Numbered from the stretch's first letter, positions 53,490 to 63,374 are shown. The stretch: DNA of 64,000 nucleotides from an uncultured Planctomycetota bacterium (GCA_963845755.1 CAWJTV010000038.1:64001-128000); one strand, 5' to 3'. Program-made: numbers and translations. The notes: a model not told the origin generated them from the sequence alone.

Positions 53490-56400
53490 ATGCGTCACTT
53501 GATCACACGTTTTCCCCGCGTCGCGAGACTCAATATCAAGACCTCGAGGCGGGTCGATCGGCGAGGAGTCGCGCTCCGGCCGCGGTTCGAGTCCTTGGAG
53601 CCGCGACTGGTGTTGAGCACCTACTACGTCGCCACGACCGGGAACGACAAAAACAACGGCTCGAAGTCCAGCCCCTTCGCCACCCTCCAGCACGCCATGA
53701 TCTCGCTCGAGCCTGGAGATATCCTCGACGTCGAGTCCGGGTCCTATGCCGGCTTCATCTCCGGCTGGGATTCTTCCACCCCGGCCAGTTCCGGAGATCC
53801 CTACGGCTATATCGACGGCACCGCCGGCAACCCGATCACCATCCAGGCCGATCCCAGCGCACCCGCTGGCTCGGTCATCATCGACTCGCGCGACAACGAG
53901 ACGGCCGTCGGCATCGACCTGGAACCCGGTGATAACTACATCACCATTTCCGGCTTGACGATCGAGGACGGCGACGGCAGCATCACCAAGGACGGATTCA
54001 AAGTGACCGGGATCAACGACAGCCTTATCGATAACACCGTGACCGGGGTCGGAGGGTTCGGCATTATTGCCGACAACGCGAATAACGTGCTCCTCCAGGG
54101 CAATACCGTCTCCGGTACCACGGGAAGTGGCGATACCGGCCATGGGATCTACATCTCCGGCAGCACCAACGACGCGGTGGTCGAAGGGAACACCATCGCG
54201 AACAACGATTATATCGGCATCCATATTAATGGAGATGCGAGCGAGGGAGGCCTGGGACTGGTCACCAATGCCCTCATCGAGGACAACGTGATCTACGGCA
54301 ACGGCCAGAATGGCATCAACGCCGACGGCCTTCAGAACTCGGTCATCGAGAACAACCTGATCTACAACTATCAGGATTTCGGGATCTGTCTCTATCAGGT
54401 CGACGCGTCCGGGCCCAGCAAGAACAACATCATCGTTGACAACACCATCGATTACGGCACTTCCAGCGGCGCCGGTGCGGCGCTCCGTATTCTGGATGGG
54501 AGCACGGGCAATACCGTCTTGAATAACATCTTGCTGGGCGGCGGAGGGATCACGATCCGGATCAGCAGCGACAGCATGAGCGGCCTGACGAGCAACTACA
54601 ACGTCGTCGAGTCGCTGTTCCAGTCGGAGGACACCGGCAACACCGAGTCCCTCGCCCAGTGGCAGAGTTCGACCGGCCAGGACGCGAAATCGTTCACGGC
54701 GACGCCGTCGCAGCTCTTCGTCAATCCGTCGGGCAACAACTACCAGGAGCTATCGACCAGCCCGTCGATCGGTGCCGGGACCGCGACGGATTCACCGAGC
54801 ACGGACATCCTCGGCAATCCGCGCCCCAGCTCCTATGGCTATGACATCGGTGCCTACGAATATGAAGGCTCGTCATCCGGGGCGCCGACGGTGGTCAGCG
54901 AGAGTCCGGGACAGAATGCGTCCAACGTGAATGTGTCGACGACCGCGACTGCGACGTTCAACGAGGCGGTCCAGTCCAGCACGATCACCTTCACGCTGAC
55001 GCCCAGCGGCGGCAGCCCGGTCGCGGCCAGCCTCTCCTACAACACTTCTACCGACACGGTGACGTTGACACCCAAGTCGGCCCTGGCCTACAACACCAGT
55101 TACACGGCCACCGTCAGCGGGGCCAAGGACAGCGCCGGCGATCCTATGACCTCGCCGTTCTCGTGGTCGTTCACCACCGTCGCGTCAACGTCGGCCGCCA
55201 CGTTCCTCGAGCAGGACACGACCACTCAGGGCAGTTGGATCAAGACTTACGGCACTCAGGGCTACGACGTCATCGGCGACACGCCCAGCCTGTCCCCCTA
55301 CGCCACCGTCTCGCCCAGCGGCGAATTGACCCACGTCTGGTCGGCCAGCACGACCGCCCCCCAGGCGCTCCAGAACCCGGGCGGTTCCGGCCGGATCGAG
55401 GAGTGCTGGTACTCTCCCACCAGCTTCACGGTGAACCTGGACCTGATCGACGGACAACTGCACGATATCGAGCTGTACTTCCTCGACCTGCAAAGCTCGC
55501 CGAGTCGGGTCGAGCAGATCCAGATCAGCGACGCGGGGTCGGGGACGGTCCTGGACACCGAGACGGTCTCGTCGTTCACCGGCGGGGTGTATCTGGATTG
55601 GAAGGTGCAAGGCGATGTGACGATCACGATCACGCACGAGGCCGGCGTGAACGCGGTGCTCAGCGGGATCTTCATCGATCCGGCGGGCTCCTCGGCCACG
55701 TTCCTCAAGACGGACACGACGACGCAGGGCAGTTGGATCGGGACCTACGGCACTCAAGGCTACGACGTCATCGGCGACACGCCCAGCTTGTCTCCCTACG
55801 CCACCGTCTCGCCCAGCGGCGAATTGACCCACGTCTGGTCGGCCAGCACGACCGCCCCCCAGGCGCTCCAGAACCCGGGCGGATCCGGCCGGATCGAGGA
55901 GTGCTGGTACTCTCCCACCAGCTTCACGGTGAACCTGGACCTGATCGACGGACAACTGCACGATATCGAGCTGTACTTCCTCGACCTGCAAAGCTCGCCG
56001 AGTCGGGTCGAGCAGATCCAGATCAGCAACGCGGGGTCGGGGAAGGTCCTGGACACCGAGACGGTCTCGTCGTTCACCGGCGGGGTGTATCTGGATTGGA
56101 AGGTGCAAGGCGATGTGACGATCACGATCACGCACGAGGCCGGCGTGAACGCGGTGCTCAGCGGGATCTTCATCGATCCGGCGGGCTCCTCGGCCACGTT
56201 CCTCAAGACGGACACGACGACGCAGGGCAGTTGGATCGGGACCTACGGCACTCAAGGCTACGACGTCATCGGCGACACGCCCAGCTTGTCTCCCTACGCC
56301 ACCGTCTCGCCCAGCGGCGAATTGACCCACATCTGGTCGGCCAGCACGACCGCTCACCAGGCACTCCAGAACCCGGGCGGATCCGGCCGGATCGAGGAGT

Positions 56401-57026
56401 GCTGGTATTCCACGACCAGCTTCACGGTGAACCTGGACCTGATCGACGGGAAGGCGCACGATATCGAGCTGTACTTCCTCGACCTGCAAAGCTCGCCGAG
56501 CCGGGTCGAGCAGATCCAGATCAGCGACGCGAAGACGGGGACGGTCCTGGACACCGAGACGGTCTCGTCGTTCACCGGCGGGGTGTATCTGGATTGGAAG
56601 GTGCAAGGCGATGTGACGATCACGATCACGCACGAGGCCGGCGTGAACGCGGTGCTCAGCGGGATCTTCATCGATCCGGTCACCTCTTCGCCTTCGGCGA
56701 CCCCTGCCGTCGTGGAAGTCGGCCAGGACAACGCGCCTCAGGACATCAGAATGACAACCGTCAGCACGCCGACGACCTCCGCGATCGGCACGCTCGACTC
56801 TCGGAGCGGGAACACGGTCGCACTGCTGTCCGCGATGGAAAACTCGACATCGCCGCGCGTGCTGGTCCATGACGAGGCTCTCGAGCGGTTCACGGCGGAG
56901 TTGAGCACACCGCCGCGGCAGCCGGTCTATCAGCCCGCCGCGCTCGCGGGGCGATCGGCCTGGAGACCCTCACTGGCGCGTCGGGCTGGTGTGGCCCGCG
57001 TACAACCCGATCGTGAAGCGCTGTGA
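53490..57026 (+). CDS. Large extracellular protein: LEPR-xLL motif, right-handed beta-helix, Ig-like domain, three 166-aa repeats
   Basis: AGGAGA RBS; FESLEPRLVLS; YYVATTGND...PFATLQHA; Asn-ladder repeats; DIGAYEY; APTVVSESP...TFNEAV. Confidence 0.88.
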   Translation: MRHLITRFPRVARLNIKTSRRVDRRGVALRPRFESLEPRLVLSTYYVATTGNDKNNGSKSSPFATLQHAMISLEPGDILDVESGSYAGFISGWDSSTPASSGDPYGYIDGTAGNPITIQADPSAPAGSVIIDSRDNETAVGIDLEPGDNYITISGLTIEDGDGSITKDGFKVTGINDSLIDNTVTGVGGFGIIADNANNVLLQGNTVSGTTGSGDTGHGIYISGSTNDAVVEGNTIANNDYIGIHINGDASEGGLGLVTNALIEDNVIYGNGQNGINADGLQNSVIENNLIYNYQDFGICLYQVDASGPSKNNIIVDNTIDYGTSSGAGAALRILDGSTGNTVLNNILLGGGGITIRISSDSMSGLTSNYNVVESLFQSEDTGNTESLAQWQSSTGQDAKSFTATPSQLFVNPSGNNYQELSTSPSIGAGTATDSPSTDILGNPRPSSYGYDIGAYEYEGSSSGAPTVVSESPGQNASNVNVSTTATATFNEAVQSSTITFTLTPSGGSPVAASLSYNTSTDTVTLTPKSALAYNTSYTATVSGAKDSAGDPMTSPFSWSFTTVASTSAATFLEQDTTTQGSWIKTYGTQGYDVIGDTPSLSPYATVSPSGELTHVWSASTTAPQALQNPGGSGRIEECWYSPTSFTVNLDLIDGQLHDIELYFLDLQSSPSRVEQIQISDAGSGTVLDTETVSSFTGGVYLDWKVQGDVTITITHEAGVNAVLSGIFIDPAGSSATFLKTDTTTQGSWIGTYGTQGYDVIGDTPSLSPYATVSPSGELTHVWSASTTAPQALQNPGGSGRIEECWYSPTSFTVNLDLIDGQLHDIELYFLDLQSSPSRVEQIQISNAGSGKVLDTETVSSFTGGVYLDWKVQGDVTITITHEAGVNAVLSGIFIDPAGSSATFLKTDTTTQGSWIGTYGTQGYDVIGDTPSLSPYATVSPSGELTHIWSASTTAHQALQNPGGSGRIEECWYSTTSFTVNLDLIDGKAHDIELYFLDLQSSPSRVEQIQISDAKTGTVLDTETVSSFTGGVYLDWKVQGDVTITITHEAGVNAVLSGIFIDPVTSSPSATPAVVEVGQDNAPQDIRMTTVSTPTTSAIGTLDSRSGNTVALLSAMENSTSPRVLVHDEALERFTAELSTPPRQPVYQPAALAGRSAWRPSLARRAGVARVQPDREAL
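55197..56680 (+). repeat. Three tandem 498-bp intragenic repeats
   Basis: Units start at 55197, 55695 and 56193 and are near-identical at DNA level. Confidence 0.95.
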
Positions 57027-57037
57027 GAGCGCCGAAC

Positions 57038-57136
57038 GCGGCCTTCGGCCGCAACGCCAGAGGGATTCCTGATTCGAGATTCGAGATTCCGGATCCAGAT
57101 ATCGTTCCATCGGGAATCTCGAATCTCGAATTCCCC
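57038..57136 (+). repeat. GGCCGCAA-anchored GATTC/GAATC heptamer hairpin element
   Basis: gcggccttcggccgcaa...gagggattcctgattcgagattcgagattcc...gggaatctcgaatctcgaattcccc. Confidence 0.8.
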
Positions 57137-57209
57137 AGAGGCGCGCACGGCGCAGAGATCCTACGGAGGATGACGCTAGAGCTCTGAACGATTAGCTTGC
57201 ATACGGGGT

Positions 57210-57278
57210 CGTAGGGTGCTCTGTGAGCACCAATGTCCCTCGGCGGCCCTCAAGCGGTGCTCACTACGGCCCTTGCGC
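57210..57278. repeat. GTAG-type REP-like palindrome
   Basis: cgtagggtgctctgtgagcacc...ggtgctcactacggccc. Confidence 0.55.
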
Positions 57279-57297
57279 ATCCCAAGCGTTCAGCGCT

Positions 57298-58630
57298 TAG
57301 TGGTCCATCTCGCAATTAACGGTAGGGTTAGCGACTCGTGGAGGCGGCCGCTATGCTGGGAGATTCGTCGCTGAAAACTCTCTGGCCGCACGTATTCGGA
57401 GTCGTCTCGTGCCTGGCCCTCCGCCTCTTTATCACCCGAGCTTCCCTGCTGAGTTCCTCGCCGAGGCCCGGCGGCTCTTTCTCGCTCGCACCGCGGCGTC
57501 GCATCTCCGACAGCGCGCTCACTTGGTCTTGCTCCTTCACGAATACCCCACCCTTTCCAACGCGGCAGCCGTAGCCCGCCTTGATCTCCATCCCCATTCC
57601 ATTCGCCGCTGGGCCGGAGGTCAGTTCACTCTCGAGGACGACCTCGGCCGGGGTCGCAAGCCGGTCTTTTCCCCCCCTCGACAGGGCCGTGATCACCTCG
57701 ATCGCCTGTGATGTGGCGGCCCGCACCGGAAAACCTCTGAGCCGCCAATCTTCGGCCGATCTCGCCCGCCGCGCCCGAGACGAACCCAACCAACCGATTA
57801 GCCGGAGCACAGTCTGGCGAATCCTCGACGAGGATGCCATCAAGCCTTGGCAATACGAACACTGGATCTTCCCCCGTGCCAGCAACTTCTTCGAGAAGGC
57901 CGCCGTCGTCCTGGATCTCTACGAAGGTTACTGACAAGGGGAACGCATCGATCCGTTCGACCGGATCATCAGCTCGGACGAGAAGATCAGCATCCAGGCC
58001 CGCATCCGCTGTCACGCGAGCCTCGGGCCGGCTTCCGGTCGGCGCCGGCGAGTCGAAGCGGAATACCACCGCGGCGGGGCGTTGCAATCCCTGGCCGCCC
58101 GGGACGTTCAGCAAGGGCGGGTCATGGGCCTGTGCGAGGCCAAGACCGGCATCGAACCGTTCGGGCGACTGGTCCGGCACGTCATGAAACGGCCGGAATA
58201 CGCTTCGGCGCATCGCGCAGTTCTGGGTGGTGGATAACGGTTCGTCGCACCGGGACGAAGCCGCGGTAAAGCGGATGAGTCGAGCGTATCCCCAGGCCAT
58301 CTTGGTGCATACGCCGGTCCATGCGAGCTGGCTCAACCAAGTGAAGTGGAAGTCTACTTCTCGCTCTTGCAAAGGAAGGTCCTTACACCCCATGGCTCGG
58401 CCGATCTGCAAGAGTTGGCATGGCGGATCAAGCTCTACGAAGAATTGACGAACAGCCAACCGAAGCCGTTCGATTGGAAGTTCACCAAGTACGACCTGTT
58501 TAACCTCCTGGAGCGGATCGCCCAGCGGGAAGCCGCCGCCAAGGCCACGGCGCACGACAACCTGGCAAGCTGCTCAGGATCTTGATCCGAGAGTCGGTAA
58601 CCCTACCATTAATTGCGAGATGGACCACTA
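57298..58630 (+). mobile_element. IS630-family insertion sequence (decayed) with terminal inverted repeats and TA duplication
   Basis: Left end TAGTGGTCCATCTCGCAATTAACGGTAGGGTTAGCGACTC matches the reverse complement of 58591-58630 at 38/40 positions. Flanks reconstruct a CTTAAG site. Confidence 0.92.
57409..58585 (+). pseudogene. IS630 transposase pseudogene
   Basis: HTH...GRGRKPVFSP; IISSDEK, EYHRGG, VDNGSSH, HTPVHASWLNQVE, PFDWKF. Internal TGA at 57932-57934 and extra frameshifts near 58216 and 58345. Confidence 0.88.
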
Positions 58631-59006
58631 AGGACCGCGGCCCCTCCGGGGCCTTCCGGATGCCTCATTCCCATGCTCGACCAACGTGTGAACGGCTACT
58701 CACAGAGGGCACAGAGAAGAATTTGTCGATGCCTTTTTTCGACCTAACCGCTTGCACCTCGAGACGTTATGAAATCGTGCACGGCGTACAAGATTCTCGA
58801 AGTTCGTAGTACAGAGCACCCGACCAACCGCCTGGGAAGGCTTCTCGTACACCCTTTCCATCCCGACGATCACCATTCGAACCCCCAGGCTCGCCGCCGC
58901 CTTCGAACTCCCGAACGGACGGGTTAGAATCGAGGCGGCGTCCCCGAGTGCCCGGTTGCCGACCGAATGGACGATTCGAGAAACTCGACCCTCTCCTGGA
59001 GAAGAC

Positions 59007-59381
59007 ATGGCGGACGAATTCTTCGCGGTGAACACGTCTGATCAACCCTGGGAAGAACGTTTCAACGAGAAACTGGGGAAGGTGATCCTCCGCAAGGACT
59101 TGTATACCGACCCGGAGACCGGGGCCGAGATCCGGCTGGTCCGCTATCCCGCCGGGGTCGTGAATCCGCATCATACGCACCCGTGCGGGCACGGTCTGTA
59201 TGTCCTCGAAGGCCGGCTCGTCACCCATAAAGGGACGTTCGGCCCGGGAACCTTCGTCTGGTTCCCGGAAGGAGAGGTCATGGAGCATGGCGCCACCGCC
59301 GACGCGGATGTCACCGTTCTCTTCATCACCAACAAACGCTTTCGCATCGACTACGTAGATGAGTCCATCCCTTTGGCGTGA
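59007..59381 (+). CDS. Cupin-domain protein (ChrR-like)
   Basis: VRYPAG...HTHPCGH...VLEG...GPG.FVWFPEG...H. Confidence 0.85.
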   Translation: MADEFFAVNTSDQPWEERFNEKLGKVILRKDLYTDPETGAEIRLVRYPAGVVNPHHTHPCGHGLYVLEGRLVTHKGTFGPGTFVWFPEGEVMEHGATADADVTVLFITNKRFRIDYVDESIPLA

Positions 59382-59558
59382 ATGCCGAGGAGCCGGGCAA
59401 GACCTGCGATGCCGGCGCACGAGCAATACAACCGGTTGATCGGCCGGATTCGGCGCGGTGCCCGGGGCTCTCCTGGGGGTGGCGGTCCCCCAGGCACGCC
59501 GACCGTCGTCCGCGACTGGATCTTATGCGGAGACGCTACCAAGTCTCATGCGGAGATT

Positions 59559-59909
59559 CTACGGAGGAAGACTCGATTCATCTTCGTCGGACTCCGCGAG
59601 CAAATCACCCAGCCGATCCAGCCGCCGTTCCCACATCGAACGCCGATCGCGGATCCACTGCTCCAGGACCGAAAACCCCGCCGTCTCGAGGCGGCACGTG
59701 CGAACCCTCCCGAGCTTCTCGGTGTGCACCAGTCCGCTTTCCTCCAACACTTGCAAGTGTTGAATGACCGCGGTCAGGGTGATCTCCAGGGGCGTCGCCA
59801 ACCGGGAGACCGAGAGGGGCCCTTCGCTGAGCTTCTCCACGATGGCCCGGCGCGTGGGATCGCCGAGAGCGTGAAACACACGGTCGATGTTCACTTTTGG
59901 GCTGGGCAT
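59559..59909 (-). CDS. ArsR/SmtB-family transcriptional regulator
   Basis: VFHALGDPTRRAIV, QHLQVLEESGLV, KLGRVR, WERRLDRL. Confidence 0.92.
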   Translation of the reverse strand: MPSPKVNIDRVFHALGDPTRRAIVEKLSEGPLSVSRLATPLEITLTAVIQHLQVLEESGLVHTEKLGRVRTCRLETAGFSVLEQWIRDRRSMWERRLDRLGDLLAESDEDESSLPP

Positions 59910-60129
59910 GGCGCGTACCGTTTCCGTCACACTCGCGGATGGAATCGATGTGACCACGGGCGTGAGCCCGTGATTCGGTCGGGGAACCTCCAGCCTCGCA
60001 CGTCCGCGCGATCCGCTCAAGCCATCGGATGGGGCTGACGCCCGAGGTGGGTGGGCTGCGCCCGTCCGAACCACGCACTCACGTACCTGGTCACGGTCCG
60101 CTGCCACTTTCCCTCTTGCGTGGTTCGAC

Positions 60130-60603
60130 TCAGCGCGCGAGCTCATTCGCCAGTCGTTCGAGGAGTTGACGCCAGCCCTCCTCGCGCCTTTGAGGACCAT
60201 CCGCGCCCTCGAAGAATGCCCCCTGATGCGTGCAGATGAGGTCGGTCCCGTGGTCCGTCGGCAAGAACTCGACGCTGACCAGCGACGCCGAGATGCGCCG
60301 GTCGCCGAGGGTCATCGTCAACGCCTCGACAATCCGTCGGTTGGGCACGATGTCCTGATACCTTCCCTCGTTCGTCAAGGCGACGCCCGGGAACGGGGTG
60401 CCTTCCTTGAAACGATACCGCGCTCGCTCGGTACCTCCGACTCGAAAATCCATCGCAAACTCCTCGACGTCATGGTGCTCCCCTTCGATAAACCACCGGC
60501 GCTTCGTGGCTGCGTCGGCGAATGCCGAGAACACGCGTTCCAGAGGCTTCGGATAGCTCCGTTCGATGACGAAGGTACTGTGGATGACGGATGGCTCTTG
60601 CAT
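60130..60603 (-). CDS. SRPBCC/AHSA1 family protein
   Basis: HSTFVIERSY, VFSAFAD, DFRVGG, DIVPNRRIV, GWRQLLERL. Confidence 0.92.
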   Translation of the reverse strand: MQEPSVIHSTFVIERSYPKPLERVFSAFADAATKRRWFIEGEHHDVEEFAMDFRVGGTERARYRFKEGTPFPGVALTNEGRYQDIVPNRRIVEALTMTLGDRRISASLVSVEFLPTDHGTDLICTHQGAFFEGADGPQRREEGWRQLLERLANELAR

Positions 60604-60625
60604 GGGTTTCCCTTTCTGCTGTTAG

Positions 60626-60681
60626 TGAAGTCGTCACTTCAGTATTAGCCCGCGGGCCCCGATTGTCAAGTCGCTACTTCA
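60626..60681 (-). promoter_or_regulatory. Promoter with two ArsR-type operator palindromes
   Basis: TGAAGT-N4-ACTTCA (60626-60641) and TCAAGT-N4-ACTTCA (60666-60681), overlapping minus-strand TTGACA-N17-AATACT. Confidence 0.72.
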
Positions 60682-60936
60682 GTATTTTTCCGAGGGATCC
60701 ATTCCGGCTGGTTTCGACTGCTACGGGTGAGGTCGGGCGAGAATTCGGGGTGAGGGTCTCGGTTTCAGATTATGCTGTGAGTATGATGGATGCCCACGAC
60801 GATCCTCGGAGTCTGAGGCGTTGGCGTCGATCGCCGTTCTGTCGCACCCATCACAACACGTCCGCCGAATTCCGAGGCGCAAGGGGTTCTCGTCCCGTGG
60901 ATCAGGAGCCATCTCGTGAGCACACAAGCTGACAAC

Positions 60937-61950
60937 ATGCCGTCGCCGACCCTTACGGAATTGATACCTCCGAAAGACGACTACCTCTACTTCGAACATG
61001 CGCGAGACCAGCCCTTCCAACCGCTCGCCGACGACTTCTCCCTCGTCAACGCCCGGTGGCTGGCCGAGGTGTCCCTGCTGGCCTACGGGTCCGAATCGTT
61101 CATCCGGCCGCGACTCGAGGCCAGCGAAAACGCCCTGCCCTCGACGCTCGACCTCCGAGTCTTCACCGACGATGACCATGGCAACCAGTGCGTCGTCATC
61201 AGTGGAGACCAGTTCGCGATCGTCGCATTCCGGGGGACGCGCGTTAACCGATTCCCCGACCCGATCGACCTGTACCGGTTGCCTTTGGTCAACACCATCG
61301 ACCTGTGGACCGACATCGACTTCGCGATCCCGCCGGTAGGCCACATCCATCCGGGGTATCTGGCGTCGCTCGACGCCGTCTGGCAGCAGGGAATCGCATC
61401 GTATCTGGACGACACCCTCGGAGGCCGGGACGGTCGCCGCGCGATCTGGTTTACCGGGCACAGTATGGGGGCGGCACTCGCCACCATCGCGGCGGACCGC
61501 TATGGCAAGGATGCCGCCCGGGGCTTGTATACCTTCGGTTCACCCCGGACCGGGGACAAGACCTTCGCGAGCCAGTTCGCGATCCCGTGCTTCCGATTCG
61601 TGGACAATATCGATTTCGTGCCGCATCTGCCGCCGGCGGGCGGCTTCGAAGGGTACACGCATGTTCGTTCGACCTTAAAATTCATCGAAGCGGACGGGGC
61701 GATCACCGACGGCCCCGGTATCCTGGAGGCGATCGAGAGTGGGACGGATGAGAACGTCCGGGTCCTCCTGGGTACGGTCCGGGCGCTCAATCCCTTCACG
61801 ATCGCGGGCCGGCTCCTGGGGAGAACGATTCCCGGCGCCTCGGACCTGACCGGCAAACTGGGCCTGGATGTCGTGCCGGTTGCCCCGCTGGTGGACCATG
61901 CACCGATCAATTACGTGACGCGCATCCGAACCGCACTCGAACGATCCTGA
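60937..61950 (+). CDS. Class 3 lipase family protein
   Basis: IVAFRGT, IHPGY, FTGHSMGAALA, YTFGSPRTG, DFVPHLPP, DHAP. Confidence 0.9.
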   Translation: MPSPTLTELIPPKDDYLYFEHARDQPFQPLADDFSLVNARWLAEVSLLAYGSESFIRPRLEASENALPSTLDLRVFTDDDHGNQCVVISGDQFAIVAFRGTRVNRFPDPIDLYRLPLVNTIDLWTDIDFAIPPVGHIHPGYLASLDAVWQQGIASYLDDTLGGRDGRRAIWFTGHSMGAALATIAADRYGKDAARGLYTFGSPRTGDKTFASQFAIPCFRFVDNIDFVPHLPPAGGFEGYTHVRSTLKFIEADGAITDGPGILEAIESGTDENVRVLLGTVRALNPFTIAGRLLGRTIPGASDLTGKLGLDVVPVAPLVDHAPINYVTRIRTALERS

Positions 61951-62139
61951 CGCCCGATGGAACCCGGTGGGCCTCATGCCGCGTTGCCGTGTTCGACCCA
62001 CTCTACGGGGCTTCGCGTACACCTCTTCAGGGCAGGTACCCCGTAGCGTTGCGCCTGGCTCAGGAGTAAGTTCTGAGAGGTGGCCGCTCGAATGAGCGGC
62101 ATGACCTGACGACCGGCGACCTTCTGAGGATCTCACGAA

Positions 62140-63372
62140 ATGGAAGTGCGAAGCTGGCGAAGCGCGGCAATTGGCTTATCCGTGATCTTGCTGACGATGG
62201 CTCCCGCGCGTGGGAGCGACAAGGGCACGCCCGTTTCGTGGAAGAAGACCGTGATCGAGGGGAAGTTCCGGTCCGAGGGGGTGGCGATCGCCGACGTGAA
62301 TCACGACGGCAAGCTCGACGTGCTCATCGGCGATTCGTGGTACGAGGCCCCGTCGTGGGCCAAGCACGATATCCGGAAGCCCGGTGATTACGGCGACGGC
62401 CTGCACAAGTATAGCGATTGCATGACCTGCTGGACGGACGACATCAACGGCGACGGCTGGGCCGACCAGATCGTCATCGGCTTTCCCGGCGTACCGACAT
62501 ACTGGTACGAGAACCCCCAGGGAAAGCCGGGCTACTGGCCCCGTCACGAGGCCTGGCACAGTTCCTGCAATGAAACTCCGCTGTATACAGACCTCTTCGG
62601 GGACGGTCATCGCGTGCTGGTCATGGGCTGGCAGCCCAAGGGTAAGAAGGACGAGGGCCAGATGGCCTGGTTTACACCCGGCCCCGATCCCACCAAGCCG
62701 TGGGAGATGCACGCGGTCAGCGAGCCCAGCCAACCCGGCAAGGTCATCCCCGGCACCTCCCAATTCTCCCACGGCCTGGGTGTGGGCGACCTCAACGGCG
62801 ACGGCCGCAATGACGTGATCTGCACCGGCGGTTGGTGGGAACAGCCCGAGTCGGGCCGCAACAGCCCCACGCCGTGGTCGTTCCACCCCGCTCGCCTGGG
62901 CGATGCCGTGGCCGACATGATCGCCTACGATGTGAACCATGACGGAAAGGCTGACGTCATCGCCAGTTCCGCCCACCAGTACGGCATCTGGTGGTTCGAA
63001 CAGGGCGCGGCGAAGGATGGGTCGCCCGTCTTCACCAAGCACGACCTCTTCCCCGAACTCGTCTCCGAGACCCATGCCCTGATCGCCGCGGATATCAACC
63101 GTGATGGACTGAAGGACCTGGTCACGGGCAAGCGCTTCTGGTCGCACGGTCGGAGTGAGGCCGGCTCCGACAAGCCAGCCCGGCTCTACTGGTTCGAGGC
63201 GGGCCACGGCCCTGACGGCAAGATCGCCTTCACCCCGCGCGAGATCGACGACCAGAGCGGCATCGGCACCCAGTTCGTCGTGGCCGACTTCAATGGCGAT
63301 GGGCTGCTCGATATCGTCACGTCCAACAAGAAGGGCGTGTTTCTCCTCGAACAAATCCCAACGACTCAGTAG
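62140..63372 (+). CDS. Exported FG-GAP/VCBS repeat protein
   Basis: Signal peptide; repeated DVNHDGKLD, DINGDGWAD, DLNGDGRND and DFNGDGLLD. Confidence 0.9.
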   Translation: MEVRSWRSAAIGLSVILLTMAPARGSDKGTPVSWKKTVIEGKFRSEGVAIADVNHDGKLDVLIGDSWYEAPSWAKHDIRKPGDYGDGLHKYSDCMTCWTDDINGDGWADQIVIGFPGVPTYWYENPQGKPGYWPRHEAWHSSCNETPLYTDLFGDGHRVLVMGWQPKGKKDEGQMAWFTPGPDPTKPWEMHAVSEPSQPGKVIPGTSQFSHGLGVGDLNGDGRNDVICTGGWWEQPESGRNSPTPWSFHPARLGDAVADMIAYDVNHDGKADVIASSAHQYGIWWFEQGAAKDGSPVFTKHDLFPELVSETHALIAADINRDGLKDLVTGKRFWSHGRSEAGSDKPARLYWFEAGHGPDGKIAFTPREIDDQSGIGTQFVVADFNGDGLLDIVTSNKKGVFLLEQIPTTQ

Positions 63373-63374
63373 AA

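Noticed and set aside
55163..56872. Long alternative-frame ORFs with repeated peptides
   Set aside because: By-products of the 498-bp coding repeat; only the LEPR-xLL frame looks protein-like.
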